Assembly (NCBI GenBank): GCA_016748015.1
Contig: JAAOMT010000213.1
Coordinates: 92,485 to 156,484, forward strand
Origin: Geosiphon pyriformis uo1
Lineage: Eukaryota; Fungi; Glomeromycota
DNA: 64,000 bases
Direction: 5' to 3'
The position numbers and the translations under genes are program-made. Within the stretch, counting starts at the first letter, position 1. Every line of letters starts with the position of its first letter. The notes beneath the pieces are model-generated. The model saw only the letters and a list, made by a program, of their open reading frames with translations, did no database searches and had not been told where the DNA came from. Of this stretch, positions 48,372 to 62,402 are shown in pieces.

Positions 48372-49628
48372 TTTTTTTTTTGTTAACATGTAGCCATATT
48401 GGTCATTTATTAATTATGTTTACAGTAATATGGCACTTTCATAAAGCCAGCTTACTCAATAATACAAAATCACAAGATGCATCCTCCAAGCAGGTCCACT
48501 CACATTTTTTTTCAAGGTGTGTTATTTTTTTTTGTATTATGGAAGCAACAGCAGCCAAGCCTTTATTTTGCTTAGCCAATTCAGCCACATTTTCCTTAAC
48601 TGATACATTCATGGCAGGTGGAGTAGACAGTAATTTGGTAACCAATACAACCAGAGCACCAACAGATTCAACCAAGAATTTTATCAACACAGACAGCTCA
48701 CTAAGATGGAATTTCAAAAAAGCCAGCCTAGATTCAACAGCAAAATTAGAAGCAGAAGAGACAACAGGCAACATAAGTATTGTAATTTTGGGAGGACCAC
48801 CAAAATCCAAGTTCATATCAGCAGCAGCAGCAACAAGAAAAACCACAAAGGCAGCAGCTTTGGCATAAAATTTAGATCCAGCAAATGAAGATTTGAAAAC
48901 TTTGGGGCCACCAAAAGTGTTGGGAGAGATTTTGGGTGGGAAAAGAGGTGATTTTTTGTAGTTCACAGCCAAATGATTTAAGTTTTAACACCTGTAACAG
49001 CAGCAACATCCAGAAGTTTCTCACCAGATGTGGCAATCATGCAAGGTACCAGTTTTTGGCACAGCAACATTCAAAAATTTTAAAGAATCAAAGATAACCA
49101 CAGCAAAGTATTGACATCAGTAAAATTCAGAGAAGTGAAGAATGAAACATGTATGGCCACCAACTTGGAAGACCAAATTACTTATCTCAAAGACAGTACA
49201 GCCAAAGAAAAGATTAACAAACTTAGTTTTAAAAGCATCTCTTGATGAAATAACATCATTTTGGTTGGTAACAGAGAGAATTCTAACACTGTCTTTCTTA
49301 ACCAGCACAGACTAGTGAATAAGAGCAACAGCAACAGAAGAAGTGTCTTTGAAATAAACTACAGCATATTGCCATAAACCAGCTGGCTTCAACTTGACTG
49401 AAGTGACAACACCAAACATGCCAAGAGCAGATTTGATGTTATCAGAAGAGGTACCCAAAGATACATCACAAAGTGCAACTGACAAAGAAGAAAAAGAGAC
49501 AGAGGTCATATCAAAAGACCATGCAATCTTAAGAGTGGTTAAAAAAACTTCATTACTAATGACCACTTTGGTGAAACCATTTAGATTTTTCTGAGATGCA
49601 AATTCTACACAAAACAACTTAATAGTAT
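48372..49628 (-). mobile_element. ORF1-only element copy c, 3' part with an internal deletion; interrupted by A5
   Basis: Poly(A), shared 3' tail, RRM and knuckle homologous to copies a and b. Confidence 0.82.
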
Positions 49629-52594
49629 TGTTATGGTTGAAACCCATATTTTTATTAGATATCACATGTATTAGCTACTGATGTCACATAATTAGCCACT
49701 CTATTTTTAGATAGTGATCATTGATCTGATCAATAACCTGACTGTTGACCTAATCATTGACCTGATTATTGACCTGATCAATGACCTGATCATTGACCTG
49801 ATCATTGATTTGATCATTGACCTAGTCATTGACCTGGTCATTGACCACTTTCATTAGCTATATAAGCAATGAGTTTTTTAGCTGTAGAAAATCATCTCTC
49901 AGACAAGAATCAAATAAATAAAAATAACAACTTTTATCTCAATCACTCTTTTATTGCTAATTTCCCTTTCTCTACCTTCAAGTATCTGAACATCTTAGGA
50001 TAAAAGATTACTTGTTGGCCTTTTCCTGACGTATATAATTGTAGTATTTGAAGATTATTTGAATAAACGTGACTGAAAAGCACAAGTTGATACCTGATAT
50101 TGAATTCTAAGAGTGCTGACATGAGGCATAGAATTATACCAGTAGTGATCAATTGTTGACAGTACAGACTATTCCTCTATCTTCAGATTCTCCAGTTATC
50201 TTTGAAAAGAATAGCAACTAAGATATTTTATGAGACTGATCTTGCACATTGAATCCATACTCATTCAATTCGCTCATTGAAGTTGAATCCCCTTTGATTA
50301 TTTCCATCATCCTACAATTCTGTTCTCCCTTGCTATCCATTAGCTTGTTACTCCAATCCATAACATAAAAGTAGTGCTTTTTGTGAGGTTGTCAAAATTT
50401 ACTTATTCCCTTATTGTATGGCTGATTGCTAATATCTGCCACAGCAATTAGAAAAACACTTTGCAGCACACAACAGAAACAACCTAGATTTCATTGAATT
50501 TAATCCTCTGCTCTCCTGCTTGATCTGCTTTTCCATTGAAGAACAATCCAGCAGACAATTCCAAGACTTTTGAAACTGGTTCCTGAATGAGCATTCAGCT
50601 GAAATCTACACAACTTATACAACCTATTACTTTGATCAAGCTTATTTTGAAGATAACTTTGAAGAAAGAAACAACAGTATTAATCAGCTTTTATATTCTA
50701 CAACCTTTAAACAACAGCCCCCTGATTTTGAATATTTGAATCATCAAATCTACATTTAGATTACTGCTCATCAATCAACAGTAACTCCCCTTAAAACAGA
50801 AGAAGAAAACTACCAAACAGCCCCTATTTTTGATCTCTTCTTAAGTGAATCAGAGCACTCCACACAAACAGTAACTCCTAAACCAATGGCCTAAGATCCA
50901 ATGCAAGTAAACATTCTGGCCGCCCTCCAAGGCATACAAACTGCTTTGGGACGAAGAAACAACACCCCACTATCTCTATTCAGAGATGATGCCCAAGATC
51001 CAATTGAATGATTGGATGATTTTGAAAGAGCAGCCACTGCAAACCAGTATGATAATGAATACAAGCTCCAAATCATTGGTGGCTATCTCCAAGACTCCCC
51101 TGCTACCTGGTTTTCACAAGAAACCAATGCTAGTGCTCAACAAAAAATTGTTAGATGGACCCCAGCAAATATTGGAGAAAACAACATCTTTTTTACTATC
51201 CGGTTTGAAAACAAATTCAGAACCCCCATCTTAATATCCAAATGACATATGGAATTAGAAAGAAGAATCCAAGGTCCTGGTAAAATTGTGACCGAATATG
51301 CCAAAGCAATCAGAAAACTCATCAAGTGTGTAGACTCTGGTAGAAATTAGACTGAAGAGCAAAAGATCCACTTCTTCACAAAAGGATTGGGAACTGATTT
51401 ATCGTATGCTCTTTGGCCTCTTTTGGCTTTAAAAGATAATCCTATCATGAATATGGCCATTGAACTTGCCCAAAGAATTGAAAACAATCAAAGAATGCAT
51501 TTGGGATCCACACTTCTAGTTTTTGCTCCTGCTTCTATTATGGCTTCTACTTCTCAAATGGTTGCTACTTCTTTTGCTGCCCAGACACAAGATCCAAATG
51601 AACAATTAATAGATAGACTTACAGCAAATCTTGCTCAGCTATTAAAACCATTAATCCAAGCAGTCAGAGATAACTAGCAATCACAAAGACCCAGATTTGA
51701 AAACCGTTTTAATCAGCTCTAGCAACTCCCTTACCAAAGACAGCAAAATTATGGCCCTCCTGTGTATTATAGATGTGGATTAACTAGACATTTCTCCAGA
51801 GATTGCAACAATCCTCCACTGCCTCCTCCAGCTCCCAGAAACAATGACAACCAAAACAACAGACCCAACAACAATGTCTCCAATCAAAAACCCAATCATG
51901 CTAACATCAATTTCTTTGGAGAGGATCCTCTAGTTGAAACTGGTAGATGCACCTCCAAAGGGTGAAAGTGCAAGCCAACCAGAAGAAAACCTTTTTTATG
52001 CTTTTAACTTAACTGATGATGACCATGACATGAATGAACTAGCAATCAACATCTCAGAACCAACCAGAAAAAAGAAGAAAGCCAAGGTTGATTTCGTTCT
52101 AAACCCCAACAAAGCCTCAACTTTTGCCGCTGATAACAATGAGCCACCAAAGATTAAAGTTTTTAAGAATCCTCCAAAGTTGGAACCCCCAGAAATTGTA
52201 CAAAAATCTGAACCCTATTCTGTTGTCAAAGATCTCATAGAAATCCCAGCACATATTACCTTTGGCCAGTTAATGACTCACCCACAGTTCAGAAAAGATC
52301 TTTGCAAATTCTTGATTCCAAAGAAGAAGACACCAAAAACCAACAAATGCTCTTGCCAAGCTGGACTTGCTGACAACAGCAATGTTATCTCTCTGATTTG
52401 TAAAGCCCAAGTGGCTGGATACTTCATTGACTTAATTCTGAACAGTGGATCATCTGTTAGTGTCATTGCCAAACACTTTTTGGAAGCAATTGGTAGAAAG
52501 ATTGATGAACCTTTCACCAGACCAATGACCAACATACATGGTGTTACCTGAGTAGAAAAACTGATCCAAAGTTATGAAGAAACGTGACCAAAAT

Positions 52595-52790
52595 GTGATA
52601 TAACACAGAATAATGCACAATAACGTTGGATAATGCATTATAACATTGGATAACATGTTATAATGCAGGATAACACAGAATAGTGCACAATAACATAGGA
52701 TAATGTGTTATAATGCAGGATAATACAGAATAACATGTAATAATATCAGATAATGTGTTATAACATAGGATAACTAGCAATAACATAGAA
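52595..52790 (+). repeat. 10-bp tandem array (TAACAC/TAATGC-type units) in the C LTR; repeated at about 61750-61960
   Basis: TAA recurs every 10 nt. Confidence 0.85.
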
Positions 52791-53700
52791 AAACAAAGCA
52801 ATAACAGAAACAACAAAGCAATAGCTAGTGATAGCGAGACAATTGAAAGCAATTCTATAAAACCAAAAGAATGTATAAAAGCAAGTAGTTGTAGAAGTGA
52901 GAAAAGACAGAGAAGAAAAAATAGATACGAACCTCTAGACCAGAAATTAAAATATCCATATCCCTTTATCCTTTATTATCTTCCCTATTTCATTTCCTGA
53001 AATAAACCAATTATTAAAAGAAATCAAAATCACGAATTCATGTTCTCAAACTTCATGGAATTTACGTGAATTAATCCTTGTCTCATACCTCCGTTCTAGA
53101 ACAGATGCTCTTAGCATAACCGTCTTGAACCTATTAACGATTTGGACCAATTGCTCTTGATCATGACAATTGACAATACTAATTTATTTTTTCTCTCTTT
53201 TCTTTTCTTTTCTTTTCTTTTTCTTTTTCTTTCTTTTTCTGTCTTATTTTTTGTGAAGCGGCAACATAGTAAAATTGACTGTCTGGGAATAGACTTTGTG
53301 ATAGTCTGGTAAAAGAGGAAAGCTCCCTCTAAGTTTTGGATATTAACATTATCTTGTTAGCTTACCAGAAGGGCGAAAAGACAATGCCAGACCCTAATGA
53401 CTGTGCTCGTTAGCTCAGAGAAGAAAGCTCACATTTACAAAAAACATTGCAATTGATGAAAAACAAACTCTGTGCTTTATAACCAAAAAACTCAATGAGT
53501 AAAATTCACATCCAGGAATAGATCTTCAGAGACTAATAATCAAGACTAAGCCAACAGAATTATGCAGAAGATGCATCATCAATAATTGAGAGCACCAAAC
53601 GTTACCATTTCCCATACCTACCAAGTTTACCTGTAACATTTGGTGCTCTCTGTGAGGTTATAAATCCACAGAGACAGAGCACTCCCAAAAATACATAAAA

Positions 53701-56700
53701 GTGGTGACTATTGGAACAATAAGAAAAGACCACTCTTCGTATGGAAAAGCACTATTTCAATACTTTCAAAAAGACCTAGGAATACCAGCAAGAACCACTT
53801 ATGCAGAAAGTGATTTTTGTAACTATATCAACACAAAAATCGACTGCTTGTTAGGCCACACAACTGATATAGGAAAACTTGGAGAACAAATCCATCAAAG
53901 CTTATTAGGGTACTCAACAGCCATAACTACCTGAGCAATTGCTGAAACTCTGTGCATAATCGATACAGACATTAAATATTACGTGACACAATGATTTCCT
54001 CAAGTACAACAACCAGTGGAATCTGACCCTGAGGAATACAAAAACAAATCCAACAACCCCATAACTGCCCAAGCCAAGTCCACAGTCAACAAGAAACCAA
54101 GAGTCCTCTTCCCAACAACTCCATCATACTATTAGACATCCCAAAATAGAATTGTATTCAACCCACCTCTGGAAACCCAATCGGAAACACCATGAACTCC
54201 TGGAAATTCACACTTTTGGAATCAATACAGTTGGACCAAATCACTAGGAAAATATGGATCACTGTTTGGAAATCTTACCCCAGCAGCCAGTCAAACAGAA
54301 GGAAACCCGTCAATTTGAGAACAGCCACCAGCACAAAATCTAGCAAAATCAGCATTTCCCCTGATGGAAAAAACAGCTATCTTACAACTTATTGGTTCAA
54401 GTGACAAAGGAAAGCAACCAGCATTAGCACCCAGAGAACACTCAAATACGTGGACACCAATCTCTTTAAACATAATTAGTAACACCCCACCCATTAACCG
54501 GATCATGGCTTACCAGGATATTGCTAAATTAGAAAAATTCTCTGGTGAAGAAGATAATGCATATTTTTGGATCGTGGATGCCAAGAAAGCAATTACTGCT
54601 AACGGTTAGATTGACGACCACACAGTTCAGGCACTGCTGTTTTTTCTGACCAAAACCGTCAATTCATAGTACCAGAGCCTGGCAAAGAAGCCTACCTCCT
54701 TTACCGAGTTTAAACTCGCATTTCTGCAATACTTCTGTGACCCCAATACATTAATCCAATTGCAAAATCAATTCAGCATAATTAAACAAAAAGATCACAA
54801 AGTAGTAACTACTTATCTTGGATGATTCAATCAAATTCTGCATCAAATATTAGCTATCAAAAGAGACTACTACACCATGGTGCAAGTTCTTAATCAATTC
54901 ATTAAAGGATTGCAGAATAATATTCTAAGATCTGTAAGACCCCGCCATCCAACCAGTTTACAAGATGCCATCACTCTTGCTCACGATTTTGAGTCTGCAA
55001 AACAAAAAGTGAACCATACCCAAGCCGTTAATTTAGCCATTAATGGAACCTCTGACGTCGATGCAAAGATAACCTAATTAAGTGAGAAACTAACTCAGAA
55101 AATTGAAGGATTCTTAGCCGGAACTACAGGAACTTACCAACCACCCCAATGAAGAGAAAATAACAACAACAGCAGATACTCATAGCAACAGAACTATTAG
55201 CAACAGCAACAACCTTGGAGATCTGATTCCCACAACTGCTACTACTGTCAGAAACCTGGACACATTGCCTGTGACTGCAGAAGGAAGATCATGGACCAAA
55301 ATCAAGGAAACCCATACCAGCAACCCAGATATCAGCAAAACATGGTACCCCAATATTCTATACCTTAGAATTAACCACCCTTATACACACAACAAGTCCT
55401 GTACACTCAACCACCACCCCAGAATTATTATCAACCACCACCAATAACACAAGCAATCCCTTACTATCAAACTTCCCCTTACAGCTCATCCAGACCTCAA
55501 GCTATAGACTATAATCAGGGATGGAGGAATTCTAACAACAATCAGGTGCAAACCAACAGTGGACTGTCTCGACCAATCCCTCGTGGTCCTGTCTAATCTT
55601 GACCAACACCAACTGGATACCCAAATCAAGCTTCCTATCTCAGTCTTATGGAAGACCAGAGTTTTGATAAATCTACATCTGTGGAAGAGAGGAATATAGA
55701 ACAAATCTCCCAACCTTCCAAGCAAACAAAAAGCAATATCCCACCAGTCACTATTACTGAAGACACCACCCTAGCCGCCATATTTCCTTTTGACATCGAT
55801 AATTTGAACACACATAGCCTTTTTAGTGGAGCAGCCATCAATCAGAATAAACCAATAATGGCCCTATACACTGATGCCAGAGTCGGAAAAATAGACATTA
55901 AATTAATCCTGGATAGTGGATCAGCTGGTAGCATAATCACGAAGCAGCTCATGAACCAACTAGGTCGCTGAGTAGACTATGCTGCTACTGCCCGGATTAT
56001 TACAGCGGATGAGAACACAAAAACCCTGATAGGAAAAATTGACAACTTCCCCTTTGAGATTAATGGAATCCAAATCCCTACCAAAGTACTCATCATGGAA
56101 GCTACTCAATATCAAGCTCTAGTAGGAAATGACTGGTTGTCAAAAGCCAATGCTACTCTCGACTGAAACACCCAAGAACTTCAACTCACGTTCAACGGAC
56201 AGCATGCCTGAGTCCCAGCTATGTGCAGGTACTTTAAAAACCAACGTACTGAGGAACCTCTTATTGAATTCGAAGACACATTAATGCCACCAACCATTGA
56301 GACCTATTAGGTTTCATGGGCAGATAATTATCAAACTGAACTACCCCTACTACCAACCTGAGAAGAAAAAGGAAAAAGCAGAGCTGAAAAAGAACCCCAA
56401 TCATCATCACTAGAATACGTAACCTTAGACCAAAGAAACTTATTTTACCAACTCCCAAGACTAATATGTGTCGATTGTGGAAAAAAACTATCCACTATGG
56501 GTACATGTATCAGGAACAATGAAGAATGGCCCACTGCCACCAAATACTATTGCAGGCCTTGTTTACTAAAAAGATTTGGATGACCAAAATAACAAGACAA
56601 GTGAGACCACACATCGTGCCTCGCATGTGGTGAAATCCTGCCAGATGAAGGACTCTGGAATGATGTGCCTGGCAGAGGAAAAACATGTGACGAGGCTTGT

Positions 56701-59490
56701 CAATACACCATATTAATCAACAATTGGGAATGAAAGGGAACCCCCATCAAGGACGCTTAGAAACGAGCACTCAACAGGCTAGACGGTTATCCACATGATG
56801 ACCACAAAATCTGGAGAATGGCAAGCGCCAAAACCGAAGGCACCACACCCGAAGAAATACGAGAAATTAAGGACAATTCTTGGACGCCCGAATATACTGA
56901 ACCCGACTACTCTGAGGATGATTTCTTCACAGATGACCCAGACACATTTCAGAACTGATATCAGGAATTGGCCCCAACTCGCGAGGAACAGAAGCAAAGG
57001 TTGGCCGATTTGAATACCAAACTATGCGATCACTGTTTGATCTCCTGTCACTTCTAGTACTGCAATAAATGTGATCTTATGTTCAATCCACCTCCAAGAA
57101 TACTGTTTCCAATCACCGAACTACCTGAATCCAAAGAAGAGGTATTGATCACCGAGGACATGTTATTTCAAGATCCAACTGAGGATACTGAAACAGAACA
57201 GTATTTCACGTATCCCGACCTATCCAAAGAATTAGAGCTAAAATGATATAGTGATAACGAGAAAAGAATCTGCCCTAAAAGAGTGCATAACACCAATGCT
57301 GGTTTCGACCTATGATACCCCAGACAATCACTTATCATTATAGCCCCACATTCCCTCGTAAAAATAGATCTTAAGATAGCATTAGAAATTTCTGTTAGTA
57401 CAATGGTACAAGTTGCCTCTTGATTTAGTCTAGCCAAGAAAGAAATCGACATAAAAGAAGGAATCATCGATGCTGATTACACAGGAAACATCATTGTAAT
57501 GCTACAAAACAATTCAGACAGACCCTACAAAATAAAATTACAAGAAAAGATTGCCCAAGCTATCTTCCTACCCCTAGTCAAAATACCCCAATTAAACCCG
57601 GTAACAACCTGAGAAGAGTTAGGCCTCACTGTCCGAAGAATCAATGGGTTTGGATCAAGTGGAAGAGGAAATGTACCAGTTAATTTCACAGAGGAAGACA
57701 GTGACCAGGTAAAATTTATCCACACCAACACCATCATCTCCATTCCCTCATACCAACAATACATCCTCAAAGTGAATCAAAAGATCCAAGATCAAGCATT
57801 ATTATTCGAAGCCAGTCCCGAAATCTGTTTTCTAGCCGATGTTGCTAATCTATACCTACCGGCCAAAGCCCATAAACACTTCAAAATCCCCATCCACAAC
57901 CCAACAGAAGATGTCATTGAAATCCTCGAAGAGACTCTCATTGGTTCCATATCTGCAGATAGTCAGAATCCTGAAAAACCCCAGTCCATTCTAGATTTTG
58001 CACAATTATTCTTATTCTGTGACATTATCTTACAAGTATGAAATTTGCCAAAAGAAAGTTACTTGTTCACACCAGAAGAAATCAATAAATTGAATTTAGG
58101 AAATTTAAGTACCCTGCAACAAATGCAACTCAAAGTTCTTCTGAATCAGTATGTCGATGTTTTTGCCAGCAAAAATGAGTTCAGATGCACCAACATCATG
58201 AAGCATCAAATTGATACAGGAAATGCTCGACCAATTAAGCAACAAGCTTACTATGTACTCCCATCTGGTGATAACCTAATTAAGCAAAAAGTGCAACAGA
58301 TGCTTGATAACAGCCTAATCAAAAAATCATTAAGCCCTTGGTCCTTGCCAGTAGTTTTGGTCACTAAGAAAAACAGGAAAGTGCAATTCTGTGTAGATTA
58401 TCGAAAACTAAATAGTGTCACGCGAGAAGATAGTTATCCTACTCCTTTCATCCAGGAAATTCTGGACAATCTAGGGAAAAAGAAATGGTTCTTGTCATTA
58501 GATTTAACAAGTGGTTACTGGCAAGTTGAAATGAACCCCAAAGACAAAAGAAAAACAGCGTTTATCACTCAAAATGAAAACTTCGAGTTTAATATAATGC
58601 CTTTTGGACTTTGTAATACTCCTGCCACATTTCAACGCCTGATGGATGTAGTATACAAAAGAATCCTTTGGAAATCAGTAGTAGTCTACCTAAATAACAC
58701 AAACATGTTCTCCGAAACATTCAAAGACCATTTGCTTCACCTGCAACAAGTCTTTGAATGCCTTTGTAGTGCTGAATTGAAACTCAATCCCGAGAAGTGC
58801 TTCTTTGGAAAAACCAAGTTAAAATTTCTAGGACATGTAATCGGCAAGGACGGAGTTAAACCCGATTCAGATAAAGTACAAAAAGTCAAGGATTTTCCAG
58901 CCCCAATCAACTTCAGAGAATTACGAGGATTTCTAGGATTAGCAGGATATTATCATTGATTTGTCAAAGGTTTCTCAAACATCACAAAACCACTCCATCA
59001 ATTGTTGTCCAAATACGTATTGTACTTGTGGAAGGAAGATCAACAGAAAGCATTCGACTATCTCAAGCAGTGATTGATCACATCCCCAATCCTGATTTAT
59101 CCAGATTTCACTAAACGGTTCATTGTCACTACGGATGCCTCGAAAAATGCTCTAGGAGCAGTCTTATCACAGATAGGACCAGACAATAGAGAACACCCAG
59201 TTGTCTATGCTAGTCGCAGCACAAGCCCAGCAGAAAAGAATTACAGCACAACAGATTTGGAATGTCTCACCATTTATTGGGCCATATAGACTTGGAAACA
59301 TTACCTCAGTTAACCATTTGACCTATATACTGACCACAAAGGACTTATTTGGTTACTCAACAATCCACAACTAGAAAAAAAATATGCGAGATGGAGTACT
59401 TATCTGCAACAATTCCCACTCAAAGTCCATTACAAGGAAAGATCCAAAAACACCAATGCTGACAGTTTGTCAAGGATGCCACAAACCTAA
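53701..59490 (+). pseudogene. C polyprotein gag-PR-Cys domain-dUTPase-RT-RNase H, single frame with many transition stops
   Basis: ORFs at 53701, 54364, 54877, 55648, 57772, 58045 and 59074 share a frame; CYYCQKPGHIACDC, LILDSGS, YLNN (mutated YLDD), VTTDAS. Confidence 0.92.
57250..57665 (+). pseudogene. dut: dUTPase domain of C
   Basis: AGFDL, SLAKK, IIDADYTG, KIAQ, NGFGSSG. Confidence 0.9.
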
Positions 59491-59500
59491 TCCCAGACCC

Positions 59501-60868
59501 ATAGACACACTCACTTATCAATGACTACATTAGTACCTATCAACACTACATTTCAAGAAGATATTTTCTCAACAGGAACAGAGTACCATACGAAAACAAG
59601 CCTGAAATTATTTTATTCAAGACAACCAACTATATTAACGAGAATGCCAAAACCACCCCAACCCACAATGACTAATCACGGACAGTAAAAAAGAAACTAT
59701 ACTATAAGGCATGCACTCAAATCTGACTGCAGAACACTTTAACAAAGACGCTACTCTTAAAAGAACACTAAACTTATACTATTGGCCAACAATGCACAAA
59801 GACATTTTCGAATACATGCTCAATTGTGACACATGTCAGCAAAGAGAAGGAGCAAGATCAACAGAACCATTTCAACTCATTCCAGTTGGAAATCCATTTG
59901 ATAGAATTGGGATTGATTTGGTTGGATCTCTTTCAATTACATCCCAAGGAAATCGTTATATCACTGTAGCCATAGACTATCTTACAAAATAACCAAAAGC
60001 CAGAGCAATCCAAGTGGCCGACGCCAAAACAGTCACCAAATTTGTGCATCAAGACCTAATTTGCTGACATAGATGTCTGAAAGAATTATTATCTGATCAG
60101 AGAACACACCTCATTAATAATACACTGACTGAACTAAGCCAATGGTTTGGAATAAAGAGACTCTTATTGTTACCATACCACCCACAAACGAACGGACTGG
60201 TAGAATGATTTAACAGAACACTGTGCGAAGCACTAGTAAAAATAAGTCATGAAAACAGACAAGAATGGGACTTATTCATACCTTCTGTACTCTTTGCATA
60301 CCAAACATTGAAACAAAATATGACTCAGTTCACACCATTCGAACTAGTCTATGGAAGAAAAGCTACGTTACCGATTGAATGAGTAATACCATCATACTCA
60401 ACAGAAACAATTAATGAAGAGAATTTTGAGGCTACCTTACACCAAAGAATGTACCAGTTAATAGAAACATTGGAAAACAATCAAAAAACAGCAGCTAACA
60501 ATATTAGTCACGCTCAAGAACGACAAAAAGAAAGACATGATAAACACCTATCAGAACAATCAATGGAATTCAAGATTGGAGACCAAGTACTGTTACATCA
60601 TACAAAAGCTAAAAAACAGTGGAGTGGAAAGTTTGACCCAAAGTGGGATGGTCCATTCCACATACACAAAGCATTAGGAAATAGAGCTTACAAATTACAA
60701 TTGGAAGACAGGATTTTAAAGAAAGTAGCACATGGAAATCGGTTAAAAATTTATCATGTAAAACAAGAATCATTGTCATCAGTACCTCAACTAGGAACAC
60801 AAATTTCATTAATCAGACCAGAAGATATACCATGAGATTTGGAACCAATCATCATTATCAAAACGTAG
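59501..60868 (+). pseudogene. Integrase of C
   Basis: HSNLTAEHF..CDTCQ, GIDLVG, WDGPF; 456 codons in one frame, different from the RNase H frame. Confidence 0.9.
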
Positions 60869-60948
60869 ACAATGGGCAGTAAATTAAATTGGAGAATTCA
60901 AATATATATAGCATCCGAAAAGCAGCAAGAAACAATAGAAATTTCAAC

Positions 60949-61682
60949 ATGGACCTTTCAGATTAAATTTTAAAATTATCTAAACAATTATTTGAAACAA
61001 TTCAAAAATTGACATCTCAAATAGAAATAACAATTAATAAAAAAAAGATATGATACAAAGATAAAAACAGGAGAGGGGAGGACAAGAGTTCAATTAGAAC
61101 TAAACGTTCCCTCTCCTACCCACTACCCGAAAGGCAATGTGGGAGGAAAAATTGCCTTCGGCAGGAAGTGGAAAAGAAGGAGGCAAAGAATGAGAAAAAG
61201 GTTACAAAAAAAGATACTTGGTTCCCAAGCTCAAAAAAATAAAAGAAGCTTTAGCTCATGGGACCAAACTTCCCAAAACAGGAGAGTAGACACCTGACAA
61301 CACCCAGGAATGGAAAGAAAGACTTTCTCCAGCTTATTGGTTCTACAAAATTGGAGAACAGCTTGACTTGAAAACACCATACAAAAACTTTAGCCAGAAA
61401 ATGTTCAACAAAGAAGCAATACAACAAGTAGAAAAATTTGTAGGAAAAAACAACCTGACCCTACATTACAAAGCAGCATACCAACTATACGCCATCTTCC
61501 AATATTGCCCAAATGTACTACTGAACAGATCAATGAAAACCATAATGGTTAACAGCATAGGACAAATAACCAATCAACAGTTTAAAGACCTACAAAAGGC
61601 AATACTCGAGGCAACAATTGAACATTACACAAATGAAGCCATGATAACAAATACATACAGTTTCACAGGAGCTCAATTTTAA
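60949..61682 (+). pseudogene. Family C ORF3 (frameshifted)
   Basis: YWFYKIGEQL and YKAAYQLYAIF..IGQITNQQFKDL align with B ORF3. Confidence 0.7.
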
Positions 61683-62368
61683 AAAGAGAGGGATAATGTT
61701 ACCCGAGTAGAAAAACCAATCCAAAGTTATGAAAAAACATGACCAAAACATGACATAACACAGAATAACGCGCAATAATATTAGATAACACGTTATAATG
61801 TTAGATAACACGTTATAACATTGGATAATGTGTTATAATGCAGGATAACACAGAATAGTGCGCAATAATGTAGGATAACGTGTTATAATGCAGGATAACA
61901 CAGAATAATATGTAATAACATCAGATAACGTGTTATAACATAGGATAACTAGTAATAACATAGAAAAACAAAGCAATAACAGAAACAACAAAGCAATAGC
62001 TAGCAATAGTGAGATAATTGAAAGCAATCCTGTAAAACCAAAAGAATGTATAAAAGCAAGTAGTTGTAGAAGTGAGAAAAGACAGAAAAGAAAAAATAGA
62101 TACGAACCTTTAAACCAGAAATTAAAATATCCATATCCCTTCATTCTTTATTATCTTCTCTATTTCATTTCTTGAAATAAACCAATTATTAAAAGAAATC
62201 AGAATCATGAATTCATGTTCTCGAACTTCATGGAATTTCCGTGAATTAATCCTTGTCTTGTACCTTTGTTCTAGAACAGATGCTCTTAGCATAACCACCT
62301 CGAACCTATTAACAATTTGGACCAATTGCTCTTGATCATGGCAATTGACAATACTAATTTATCTTTTC

Positions 62369-62402
<34 letters not shown>

